From the NCBI RefSeq assembly GCF_029504745.1, contig NZ_JAQFIQ010000003.1:58404-90403 (forward strand): DNA of 32,000 nt. Reading direction: 5' to 3'. Of this stretch, positions 16,916 through 25,297 are shown piece by piece. The notes beneath the pieces are model-generated. The model was not told the origin of the DNA. It saw only the letters and a list, made by a program, of their open reading frames with translations, and searched no databases. The stretch comes from Breznakia sp. PF5-3 (GTDB lineage: Bacteria > Bacillota_I > Bacilli_A > Erysipelotrichales > Erysipelotrichaceae). The position numbers and the translations under genes are program-made. Numbering within the stretch: position 1 is the first letter of the stretch; every line of letters starts with the position of its first letter.

Positions 16916-19861
16916 ATGACATATAAAATTGGTTTGGATATTGGTTCAACAACGATTAAAGCAGTCGTTCTTGATGAACAAGATAATGTTGTATACAAAA
17001 GTTATGAACGCCATAAGTCAAGAGTTAGAGAAATGGCATTAGAAAAAATAATTGAACTAAAAGATTTATTGAAAGACAATAAAGTCAAGGTTGCTATCAC
17101 AGGATCGGCAGGTCTTGGAATTGCCAATATGGGAGAATTACCATTTGTACAAGAAGTTTTTGCCACTACCAAGGCAGTAAAGAAATACCATCCGAAAAGC
17201 GATGTAGTAATTGAACTAGGTGGTGAAGATGCTAAAATAATTTTTCTTAAAGGAGCAGTTGAAGAGAGAATGAATTCAACTTGTGCAGGTGGTACAGGTG
17301 CTTTTATTGATCAAATGGCTTCCCTGTTAAATGTTGATTTAGAAACATTGGATACATTAAGTCAAAACTATACAAAGATATATCCAATCGCTTCCAGGTG
17401 TGGAGTATTCGCAAAGACAGATATACAACCATTAATCAACCAAGGTGCACAAAAAGAAAATATTGCAGCTAGTATTTTTCAAGCGGTTGTTGATCAAACA
17501 ATCACAGGGCTCGCACAAGGAAGAAGAATTGAAGGTAATGTATTGTTTTTAGGTGGTCCTCTATCATTTAATAAAGGGTTACGAGAACGTTTTATAGATA
17601 CGCTTAAACTAAATGAGGATGAAGCAGTTATACCAGATATGGGGCCTTATTTTGTGGGTCTTGGAGCAGCTATTTTTGCTGACAGTAACAATGAAAGTTA
17701 TAGTTATCGTCAATTATTAGATGCATTAACTCGCAGTGCTAATACCAAAGTCTCTCAAGCAGGATTGCCTCCCCTTTTTCAAAATGATGATGAATATTTA
17801 GAATTTAAAAATCGTCATGCGCTTGCGAAAGTTGATCATACAGAACTTCGTACATATAATGGAAAAGCTTATTTAGGGGTTGATGCTGGTAGTACAACGA
17901 CAAAAGTTGTATTAATGGATGAAAATAATAATCTTCTATATACAAATTATACAAATAATAAAGGAAATCCAATTGATGTAGTAAAAGCTCAATTAGAACA
18001 TATTTATTTGCAAAATCCTACACTTAATATCGCGTCAAGTGGTGTTACGGGTTATGGAGAAGAATTAATTCGCCAAGCCTTTCATTTAGATGTAGGAGAA
18101 GTAGAAACAATTTCTCATTATCGTGCAGCTAAACATTTTAAGCCAGAAGTAGATTTTATTATTGATATCGGTGGCCAAGATATGAAGTGTTTTAAGATAA
18201 AAGAAGATCGTATTGATGAAATCATCTTAAATGAAGCATGTAGTAGTGGATGTGGATCATTTATTGAAACATTTGCTAAATCACTTGGATATGATATTAT
18301 CCAATTTTCACAGATGGGATTGCTTGGTAAAAATCCAGTTGATCTTGGCTCACGATGTACTGTGTTTATGAACTCCAGTGTAAAACAAGCTCAGAAAAAC
18401 GGTGCTACAATTGAAGATATCAGTGCAGGATTAGCAATTTCGGTTGTGAAAAATGCATTGTACAAAGTTATTCGTATTAATGACCCAGAAGATTTAGGTA
18501 AAAATATTGTAGTGCAAGGAGGAACTTTCTTAAACGATACTGTATTACGCAGTTTTGAAATAGAATTAGGAAAAAATGTTGTTCGCCCTCAAATATCTGG
18601 ATTGATGGGAGCATATGGAATTGCATTGATCGCCAAAGAACAAGCACCAGTAAAAAGTAGTATTTTAAGCATGAAAGATTTAGTTGACTTTAGTCATGAA
18701 TCTAAAGTTATCAACTGTAATCTTTGTACGAATCATTGTAGTTTAACAATCAATACATTTAATGATGGAAAACGCTTGATTGCTGGAAACAAATGTGAAA
18801 GGCCAATCAAAGGAGAGACAAATTTTAATATTCCCAACGTATATAGTTTTAAATATTCAAAATTAGAAGAATATAAAGATATTAAAGGCAGTGGTCATCG
18901 TGGTGAAATAGGTGTACCAATGGTATTAAACATGTATGATAACCTTCCCTTTTGGCACACTTTCCTCACATCGCTAGGCTATGATGTTGTGTTATCCGAT
19001 AAATCAAGTAAAGCGATTTACAACAAGGGACAACATACCATTCCATCAGATACTGCGTGTTATCCAGCAAAAATTGTTCATGGACATATTTTGAATTTAA
19101 TGGAAAAAGGTGTAAAACAAATTTTTTACCCAGCAATGACATATAACTTTGATGAAGGTATTAGTGAAAATTGTTTCAACTGCCCTGTTGTAGCATATTA
19201 TCCTGAAGTTATTGAAGCTAATATAGACCTTGATAATACACAGCTATTATATCCATATATAAGTTTAAATAATCGAAAAGATTTCATGAAAAAAATGCGT
19301 AAATATTTTAAAGAAAATGGAATTATTATTTCTAAAAAAGAGATGGAAGAAGCAACAGAAAAAGCTTTTATTCAATATGACAAGCATAAAATAGAAGTAG
19401 AAGACTATGCTATTAAAGCATTAGAATATGCTGAAAGTGAAGGAATTATGTCAATTTGTCTTGCTGGACGACCTTACCATATTGATCCAGAGATCAATCA
19501 TGGAATTGATCGACTTATAACATCACTAGGATGTGCTGTTATAAGTGAAGATAGCATTGCTAGAAACAGTGAGTTTAAAAAACTTAAAGTATTAAATCAA
19601 TGGACTTATCATGCACGTTTATATCAAGCTGCTAAATATGTTTCTACTTTGGATAATTGCGAAATGATTCAACTTGTTTCTTTTGGATGTGGATTAGATT
19701 CTATTACAACAGATGAAATTCGCGATATTTTGAAAGTGAACGATAAATTATATACACAAATAAAAATAGATGAAATTGATAATTTAGGTGCTGTTAAGAT
19801 TCGGATCCGATCATTATTAGCAGCAATGAGGAATCGAGGTGAAGAAGATGCAACAAGATAA
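16916..19861 (+). CDS. BCR/HAD-family enzyme: two fused HgdC/BcrA-type activator ATPase domains plus a dehydratase-like (DUF2229-type) C-terminal domain; PlsA-like
   Basis: Two ASKHA phosphate-1 motifs (IGLDIGSTTIKAVV and LGVDAGSTTTKVVL). Each domain has the HgdC cluster-ligand pair (NSTCAGGTG with SRCGVF, and EACSSGCGS with SRCTVF). These are followed by C-x2-C-x3-C-x18-C (18716-18796) and a TACYPAK / FGCGLD domain. The architecture matches the PlsA component of the anaerobic plasmalogen synthase. The family call is firmer than the PlsA call. Confidence 0.6.
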   Translation: MTYKIGLDIGSTTIKAVVLDEQDNVVYKSYERHKSRVREMALEKIIELKDLLKDNKVKVAITGSAGLGIANMGELPFVQEVFATTKAVKKYHPKSDVVIELGGEDAKIIFLKGAVEERMNSTCAGGTGAFIDQMASLLNVDLETLDTLSQNYTKIYPIASRCGVFAKTDIQPLINQGAQKENIAASIFQAVVDQTITGLAQGRRIEGNVLFLGGPLSFNKGLRERFIDTLKLNEDEAVIPDMGPYFVGLGAAIFADSNNESYSYRQLLDALTRSANTKVSQAGLPPLFQNDDEYLEFKNRHALAKVDHTELRTYNGKAYLGVDAGSTTTKVVLMDENNNLLYTNYTNNKGNPIDVVKAQLEHIYLQNPTLNIASSGVTGYGEELIRQAFHLDVGEVETISHYRAAKHFKPEVDFIIDIGGQDMKCFKIKEDRIDEIILNEACSSGCGSFIETFAKSLGYDIIQFSQMGLLGKNPVDLGSRCTVFMNSSVKQAQKNGATIEDISAGLAISVVKNALYKVIRINDPEDLGKNIVVQGGTFLNDTVLRSFEIELGKNVVRPQISGLMGAYGIALIAKEQAPVKSSILSMKDLVDFSHESKVINCNLCTNHCSLTINTFNDGKRLIAGNKCERPIKGETNFNIPNVYSFKYSKLEEYKDIKGSGHRGEIGVPMVLNMYDNLPFWHTFLTSLGYDVVLSDKSSKAIYNKGQHTIPSDTACYPAKIVHGHILNLMEKGVKQIFYPAMTYNFDEGISENCFNCPVVAYYPEVIEANIDLDNTQLLYPYISLNNRKDFMKKMRKYFKENGIIISKKEMEEATEKAFIQYDKHKIEVEDYAIKALEYAESEGIMSICLAGRPYHIDPEINHGIDRLITSLGCAVISEDSIARNSEFKKLKVLNQWTYHARLYQAAKYVSTLDNCEMIQLVSFGCGLDSITTDEIRDILKVNDKLYTQIKIDEIDNLGAVKIRIRSLLAAMRNRGEEDATR

Positions 19862-21092
19862 TCGTGTAGAATTTACACAAGAAATGAAAAAAACACATAC
19901 GATTTTGATTCCTAATATGCTAAATATGCATTTTGAGATTATTGAACAATTATTAATTTCAGAAGGTTATAAAGTTGAATTGCTTAAAACAACACATCAT
20001 AACATTGTGAATGAAGGGGTAAAAAATGTACACAATGATACTTGCTACCCTGCTTTATTGGTTGTTGGCCAAATGATAGATGCTCTTAAGAGCGGAAAAT
20101 ATGATTTAAATAAAGTAGCGCTAATTATGACACAAACTGGTGGTGGTTGTCGTGCAAGTAATTATATTCATTTGTTACGAAAAGCCTTGAAAAATAATGG
20201 TATGGAACAAGTTCCAGTTATTTCTGTTAATTTTTATGGACTTGAAACGAATAGTGGATTTAAATTTACTTATCGCTTCTTGATAAAAGCAGTGTATGCT
20301 ATCATTTATGGAGATATGCTTATGTGGATATCAAATCAGTGTAAACCATATGAACTGAATGCTGGGGATACAGAAGCTGTTGATAAGAAATGGACGAAGA
20401 GAATAGCAGATCAAATGCATTCCCCTTCTTTTTTAAGAGTAAAACGAAATTATAAAGCGATTTTAGAAGATTATGAGGCAATCCCAAAATCAAATGAAGA
20501 AAAAGTTCGGGTTGGTATTGTTGGAGAAATATATATGAAATATTCTCCATTAGGAAACAATGAATTAGAAAAATTTCTAATTCGTGAGGGTGCAGAACCA
20601 GTGTTATCTGGATTATTAGATTTCATTGCCTATTGTTGTGAAAATATGGTTTTGGATTATGATTTGTATAATATAAATAAAGTAAATCGCAACTTAGCTA
20701 GAATTGCTTTAAGATATTTGGTACATAGTCAAAATAAAATGATCAAAGCGATTAAAAAGCATGGAAAATTTAAAGTGATGTCCAACTTTAATGAAGTTAA
20801 AGTTATGGCAAAAGACTATATATCTAAGGGTGTAAAGATGGGAGAAGGTTGGCTTTTAACAAGTGAAATGTTAGAGCTTATTCATAGTGGTGTTAACAAT
20901 GTGATATGTACACAACCATTTGGTTGCTTACCAAATCATATTGTTGCAAAAGGAATGATGCGGAAAATAAAGGATAACTATCCTGAATCGAATGTAGTTG
21001 CAATAGACTATGACCCTGGTGCAAGTACAATCAACCAAGAAAATAGAATCAAATTAATGTTGTCTAACGCGAAAATGAACATGGAGAAATAA
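19848..21092 (+). CDS. 2-hydroxyacyl-CoA dehydratase-like subunit; PlsR-like
   Basis: 414 aa with TCYPALL, GGGCRASNY and QPFGCLPNH motifs of the dehydratase/DUF2229 family. Start at ATG 19848, 6 nt after GAGGTG, overlapping the upstream stop by 14 nt. The track GTG at 19839 lies on the SD. Confidence 0.55.
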   Translation: MQQDNRVEFTQEMKKTHTILIPNMLNMHFEIIEQLLISEGYKVELLKTTHHNIVNEGVKNVHNDTCYPALLVVGQMIDALKSGKYDLNKVALIMTQTGGGCRASNYIHLLRKALKNNGMEQVPVISVNFYGLETNSGFKFTYRFLIKAVYAIIYGDMLMWISNQCKPYELNAGDTEAVDKKWTKRIADQMHSPSFLRVKRNYKAILEDYEAIPKSNEEKVRVGIVGEIYMKYSPLGNNELEKFLIREGAEPVLSGLLDFIAYCCENMVLDYDLYNINKVNRNLARIALRYLVHSQNKMIKAIKKHGKFKVMSNFNEVKVMAKDYISKGVKMGEGWLLTSEMLELIHSGVNNVICTQPFGCLPNHIVAKGMMRKIKDNYPESNVVAIDYDPGASTINQENRIKLMLSNAKMNMEK

Positions 21093-21095
21093 GAT

Positions 21096-21833
21096 ATGGA
21101 ACTATATAATATATTCTTGTTTTTTGTGGCTTATGCTTTTCTAGGTTGGGTGTGTGAATCTTTATATGTAAGCATAGGTCAGAGAAAATGGGTTAATAGA
21201 GGATTTCTATATAGTCCCATATGTCCAATATATGGATTTGGTGCACTACTTATAATGTATATATTGAATCCATTTGTTGATTATCCCCTACTTATTTTTA
21301 TTCTAGGAATTGTGGTTACATCTTTATTAGAATATTTTACTAGCTGGTTAATGGAAACTATTTTTCATATCCGTTGGTGGGATTATTCAACTTATAAGTA
21401 CAATATCAATGGAAGAGTATGTTTAAAAAATTCACTTATGTTTGGTGTTCTAGGTTTATTTGTTGTATATGCTATTCATCCTTTGGTGATTGATTTCATC
21501 GATAAAATACCTAATCAATTCGAAGTGACTATAGCAATTGTTTTAGCAGTTGGTATCATGATTGATGTCATAATTTCTACACTTGGTGCATTGAATATTG
21601 ATAGAGCATTAAAAGAAATACATAAAACCATTCATGAAATCTATGAAACTGGTGAGTTAACAAAAGAAACATTGACTAAAAACTTTGATGCATTAATAAA
21701 GAAATTAGAAAAAAGACAAGAACACTTCAAACGTTCGTTCCCAAGTTTCGAACATCTTAAATTTAACTTTGATAGAAGTCTTCTTGAAGATTTTAAAGCA
21801 AAGATAAAAGCGATTAAAATCAAAGAAAAATAA
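21096..21833 (+). CDS. polytopic membrane protein, DUF1113 / 'putative ABC-transporter type IV' (PF06541-like) with coiled-coil tail
   Basis: N-terminal signature FLGWVCESLYVS...RGFLYSPICPIYGFGAL, roughly six hydrophobic segments, and a charged helical C-terminus. It starts 3 nt after the upstream stop and has a GGAGA SD. Confidence 0.65.
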   Translation: MELYNIFLFFVAYAFLGWVCESLYVSIGQRKWVNRGFLYSPICPIYGFGALLIMYILNPFVDYPLLIFILGIVVTSLLEYFTSWLMETIFHIRWWDYSTYKYNINGRVCLKNSLMFGVLGLFVVYAIHPLVIDFIDKIPNQFEVTIAIVLAVGIMIDVIISTLGALNIDRALKEIHKTIHEIYETGELTKETLTKNFDALIKKLEKRQEHFKRSFPSFEHLKFNFDRSLLEDFKAKIKAIKIKEK

Positions 21834-21855
21834 GGCAGAATTTGCCTTATTTTTT
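21830..21855. terminator. bidirectional terminator between the plus-strand operon and the HAD genes
   Basis: ataaggca (21830-21837) pairs with tgccttat (21843-21850) around a 5-nt loop and is followed by a T-run. It overlaps both convergent stop codons. Confidence 0.6.
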
Positions 21856-22563
21856 CACATCATCAAAGGTTTTAACTAATTGTAAGAATGCAGTAGCATT
21901 ATCACACCATGTAGCTGTTATTTCAGCATTATTTGAATTAATCAAATGATCGTTTATCAAATAAAGAGGAACATCTAATTTTTGTATTGCACCATCTTCT
22001 ATAGCGTCATTCCCTACCATTATACAAGTTTTTTTATCAATATTATATTTTTCCATTACTTCTTCAAAATAAGCAGGGTTAGGTTTACAGAAATGAAAAT
22101 CCTCAAAGGTAGTAACGTATTCAAAAGCACTTGTATCTACACCACTCCAACGCAATCTTGATTCACTGGCTATTTTTGGAAATAAAGGATTTGTTGCACA
22201 AATCAATCGATACCCTTTTTGTTTTAAGATATTAATTGCTTCTACAATATCTTGGTTTACAGTAACCGTTTTTTCAATTAACTGAAAATCATGGTGGTAG
22301 AAGTCTTCAAAGTCACCTTCAATTTTTTGCATTGGTATATTTGAAATTTGTTCGAAAGTATTCCAAAATACTTCAGCATTGGTTTTAGAACCATTATTTT
22401 TTTGCATTGCAGAAGTTCCAGCATAAATAGCTTTTACTAAAAGTTTTTCATCATATTCACTATCTTTAAATCGTTTTGCAATTAACCCAAAATACTTTTC
22501 AATGAATTCTTCTAAGTCCATAGATAATAAAGTACCATCTAAATCAAATAAAATTGTGTTCAT
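21847..22563 (-). CDS. HAD-superfamily hydrolase (subfamily IA-like)
   Basis: Motif I FDLDGTLL, motif II ATN, and motif IV GNDAIED near the C-terminus. Its start forms an ATGA overlap with the upstream HAD gene. Confidence 0.8.
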   Translation of the reverse strand: MNTILFDLDGTLLSMDLEEFIEKYFGLIAKRFKDSEYDEKLLVKAIYAGTSAMQKNNGSKTNAEVFWNTFEQISNIPMQKIEGDFEDFYHHDFQLIEKTVTVNQDIVEAINILKQKGYRLICATNPLFPKIASESRLRWSGVDTSAFEYVTTFEDFHFCKPNPAYFEEVMEKYNIDKKTCIMVGNDAIEDGAIQKLDVPLYLINDHLINSNNAEITATWCDNATAFLQLVKTFDDVKK

Positions 22564-23210
22564 ATAGTGTTCTCCTCTTTTATTAATGTATATATTCTTT
22601 GATCTTTAAAATCTCTAATTGTTAATACTGCATCTGAAATTGATAAGGTCTTATGAATTCCAATAATTTGTGTACAACCAGCTTCTTTGGCATATTTAAT
22701 TCCACTTATAGAATCTTCAAAAACGATACAATCTTTTATATTAACGCCCATATGGTCAGCTGCTTTTTTAAACATGGTAATCTTATTCTTATGTGTACCA
22801 TCATCAAATACAATATCTTCTTTTTTAAACCATGTTTCTAAATTGAAAAAAGAATAAAAGAAATCAATATTTTCTTTTATTGAAGCACTTGCAATGGTAA
22901 TTGGAATGTTTTGTTCTTTTAAATAATCTAAGAATTCTCGTAAACCATCAACCAATTCTCCAGCTTCTTCTTTTTTTACTAATTCACGATAAAGCTGTTC
23001 TTTTTTTAGAGAAATAATTTTATTAGTTTCAAAATCAGTATCTATTAAATAAGATATAATTTTTTCATTTGTTTTGCCATGAATATGTTGTTTCAACTCA
23101 TCTTCGCTAAGTGGATACCCTCTTAGTTCAGTTGATATTTTCTTCCAAGCAAAATCATGATATTTTGCATCATCAAACATCGTTCCATTAAAATCAAAAA
23201 TGATTGCCAT
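22560..23210 (-). CDS. HAD-superfamily hydrolase, beta-phosphoglucomutase-like, atypical motif I (DFNGT)
   Basis: IIFDFNGTMFDD, ASAS, K..., and FEDSISGIKYAKEAG motifs. Start at ATG 23210, 5 nt after GGAGG. The track GTG at 23222 is inside the SD. Confidence 0.75.
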   Translation of the reverse strand: MAIIFDFNGTMFDDAKYHDFAWKKISTELRGYPLSEDELKQHIHGKTNEKIISYLIDTDFETNKIISLKKEQLYRELVKKEEAGELVDGLREFLDYLKEQNIPITIASASIKENIDFFYSFFNLETWFKKEDIVFDDGTHKNKITMFKKAADHMGVNIKDCIVFEDSISGIKYAKEAGCTQIIGIHKTLSISDAVLTIRDFKDQRIYTLIKEENTI

Positions 23211-23271
23211 AAAAACCTCCACCCTTATATTAAAAACTATTTCCAGTGAAAATGCAAAAAACTTTTAATGT

Positions 23272-23300
23272 CAAAATAAAAAAAGCACATATGTGCTTTT
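23272..23300 (-). terminator. rho-independent terminator of cysK
   Basis: Palindrome aaaagcacatatgtgctttt (23281-23300) followed on the minus strand by TTTATTTT. It overlaps the cysK stop by 2 nt. Confidence 0.6.
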
Positions 23301-24225
23301 AATCAAATTTAAATAAATCTGTAGATAAATATCGTTCCCCACCATCTGCCAATAAAACAACAATTTGTTTATTTTCATTTTCTGGTAACTTGGCAAGTTC
23401 TAGTGCTGCAAAAAGAGCAGCTCCACTACTAATTCCAACCGAGATACCATCACGTTTTGCTAATTCTTGGCTGGTTTTAATTGCATTGTCATCATCAACT
23501 TGCATAATCTGATCAACAACAAACGGTTTATATACCCCAGGGACAAATCCAGCACTGATACCTTGAATTTTATGTGGACCAGGTTTACCACCAGATAAAA
23601 CAGGTGATTTTGCAGCTTCTACAGCAACTATTTTCATATTTGGTAATTTATTCTTAAGATTTTCACCAACACCAATAATTGTACCTCCAGTGCCAACACC
23701 AGCAACAAATATATCAACTTTTCCATCTGTATCACGATATATTTCCTCAGCTGTAGTTTTATAATGTGCTGCTGGATTCGCTGGATTTTCAAACTGTTGT
23801 AATATATGGTAATTATCATTTTCTTTTAATAAACTTACCGCTTTAGCAATTGCCTCTTTCATTCCACCAGCAGCAGGTGTCAAAATTAGCTCAGCTCCAT
23901 AGCTTTGAATTATTTTTCTTCTTTCGATACTCATTGATTCAGGCATTACAATAATTAACTTCATCCCCAAAGCTGCACAGACCATAGCTAATCCAATTCC
24001 TGTGTTACCACTTGTTGGTTCAACAATCACAGTATCTAAAGTGATTACTTCACTTTCCAAAGCATCTTGAATCATATTATAAGCAATACGGTCTTTTACA
24101 CTTCCTCCTGGATTAAAGGATTCAAGTTTTGCAAGAATTTCAGCATTGCCTTTGTTTAAATTGTTTATTCTTACAAGTGGTGTATTACCAATTAATTCTG
24201 TTATATTATTATATATTTTTTTCAT
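23299..24225 (-). CDS. cysK: cysteine synthase A (O-acetylserine sulfhydrylase)
   Basis: [14 protein letters not shown]-lysine motif [15 protein letters not shown], and GVGTGGT. Start at ATG 24225 (MKKIYNN), 8 nt after GGAGG. The track start at 24249 lacks an SD. Confidence 0.93.
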   Translation of the reverse strand: MKKIYNNITELIGNTPLVRINNLNKGNAEILAKLESFNPGGSVKDRIAYNMIQDALESEVITLDTVIVEPTSGNTGIGLAMVCAALGMKLIIVMPESMSIERRKIIQSYGAELILTPAAGGMKEAIAKAVSLLKENDNYHILQQFENPANPAAHYKTTAEEIYRDTDGKVDIFVAGVGTGGTIIGVGENLKNKLPNMKIVAVEAAKSPVLSGGKPGPHKIQGISAGFVPGVYKPFVVDQIMQVDDDNAIKTSQELAKRDGISVGISSGAALFAALELAKLPENENKQIVVLLADGGERYLSTDLFKFD

Positions 24226-24252
24226 TTTAAATTCCTCCCATGGGAACAAAAT

Positions 24253-24274
24253 ATCCCTACTAGTTTAGTAGGAT
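24253..24274. promoter_or_regulatory. inverted-repeat operator 1 (over the cysK -10/TSS)
   Basis: ATCCCTACTA-gtt-TAGTAGGAT, with 7 contiguous complementary bp plus 2 more across a one-base bulge. It shares the TCCTAC / TAGGA half-site core with operator 2. Confidence 0.45.
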
Positions 24275-24301
24275 TATATATTGAAAACGTATGTTTGTCA
24301 A
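24273..24301 (-). promoter_or_regulatory. consensus sigma-A promoter of cysK
   Basis: The minus strand reads TTGACA (24301-24296), exactly 17 nt, then TATAAT (24278-24273). Both hexamers are perfect. Confidence 0.65.
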
Positions 24302-24323
24302 TTAAAGTAACTATTCCTACAAT
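24295..24323 (+). promoter_or_regulatory. candidate sigma-A promoter of the tandem Rrf2 genes
   Basis: TTGTCA (24295-24300), 17 nt, then TACAAT (24318-24323). Its -35 occupies the same bases as the cysK -35 on the other strand (palindromic TTGTCAA). Confidence 0.45.
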
Positions 24324-24335
24324 TTTTATAGGAAT
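24313..24335. promoter_or_regulatory. inverted-repeat operator 2 (over the Rrf2 -10/TSS)
   Basis: ATTCCTACA-atttt-TATAGGAAT, 8 of 9 positions complementary. The right arm ATAGGAATTA resembles, from memory, the conserved end of the B. subtilis CymR box. Confidence 0.45.
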
Positions 24336-24372
24336 TATTGTGTTTTCAAAAAATTTAAGGTAAACTATCTAT

Positions 24373-24804
24373 ATGAGAGTATCAAGAAAAGGAATGTACG
24401 CAGTTGAGTCAATGGTTGTCTTAGCTGATAATGATAGTATAAATATGTCAGTTTCAGAAGTTGCTAATGCAAGGCATTGTTCGTTTAAATTTTTGGAACA
24501 TGTTTTCAGGGATTTAAAAAATGCTGGTTTAGTTGTAAGTGTTAGAGGAAAGAATGGAGGATATCAAATTACGAAAGATCCTGCAGATATCACATGTAAA
24601 GAAATCGTTTTAGCAGTGGAAAATCATTTATCTACTGCTCCCTGTTCACAGGACGTTTGTCCACAGGCCGGATCGTGCATGACACAAAAAATGTGGTGTG
24701 ATTTACAATTGGAATTATATCGTGAATTAGAAGAAATTACACTGCAAGATCTTGTTGATTCTTATAGGGAGGCTGTACATAATGAAATTAACTACCAAAT
24801 CTAG
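24373..24804 (+). CDS. Rrf2-family transcriptional regulator with three-Cys cluster-type motif
   Basis: MRVSRKGMYAV start and a winged-helix region ...VSVRGKNGGYQI. It then has C-x4-C-x5-C (APCSQDVCPQAGSC) at the position of the IscR/NsrR Fe-S ligands. Confidence 0.8.
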   Translation: MRVSRKGMYAVESMVVLADNDSINMSVSEVANARHCSFKFLEHVFRDLKNAGLVVSVRGKNGGYQITKDPADITCKEIVLAVENHLSTAPCSQDVCPQAGSCMTQKMWCDLQLELYRELEEITLQDLVDSYREAVHNEINYQI

Positions 24805-25234
24805 ATATGCGGTTCGATGTTGTCTTGGTTTAGCGATATTTGGAGATGAGGATCTTATTTCTGTTCGCTCAGCTAGTCGACATTTAAAGCTTTCTACAAA
24901 ATATATTGAGAATATCTTTTTGTCTTTGAAAAAACATCACTTTATTGAAAGTGTTAGAGGAATCAAAGGTGGTTATCGATTAGCAAAAAAACCTGAAGAT
25001 ATTGATGTTTATAGTATTATTGTAGCAATGGAAAACAGTCATACAGTTGCTCCCTATCATAAGCGTCCAGATTTGCTTGCAAGAGTGCTTCGTAGGGATC
25101 TCTGGTATCGAATAGATCAAGAATTACAAGAATATTTAACTAACATTACAATTGCCGATATCATCGAAATGAATGGTGGTATGGAAGAAATTAAAAAATT
25201 GGATTGGTATAAAGAATTTAAGGAATTCACATAA
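24782..25234 (+). CDS. Rrf2-family transcriptional regulator without cluster cysteines (CymR-like)
   Basis: MKLTTKSRYAV start and ESVRGIKGGYRLAK. There is no Cys in the region equivalent to the ligand loop. Start at ATG 24782, 9 nt after AGGGAGG, overlapping the upstream gene by 23 nt. The track start at 24752 lacks an SD. Confidence 0.75.
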   Translation: MKLTTKSRYAVRCCLGLAIFGDEDLISVRSASRHLKLSTKYIENIFLSLKKHHFIESVRGIKGGYRLAKKPEDIDVYSIIVAMENSHTVAPYHKRPDLLARVLRRDLWYRIDQELQEYLTNITIADIIEMNGGMEEIKKLDWYKEFKEFT

Positions 25235-25252
25235 AAAAGGATGCTAAATTTA

Positions 25253-25281
25253 AATACCCTATGACAAAGTCATAGGGTATT
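25253..25281. terminator. bidirectional terminator between Rrf2 genes and nox
   Basis: aataccctatgac (25253-25265) pairs perfectly with gtcatagggtatt (25269-25281), giving a 13-bp stem with an AT-rich flank on both sides. It lies between convergent stops. Confidence 0.6.
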
Positions 25282-25297
25282 CGTTTAAAAGCATCTT

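Noticed and set aside
20320-23819. Small ORFs 20320..20550(-), 21641..21823(-), 22653..22841(+) and 23634..23819(-)
   Set aside because: Each lies inside a longer, motif-supported gene, either on the other strand or in another frame.
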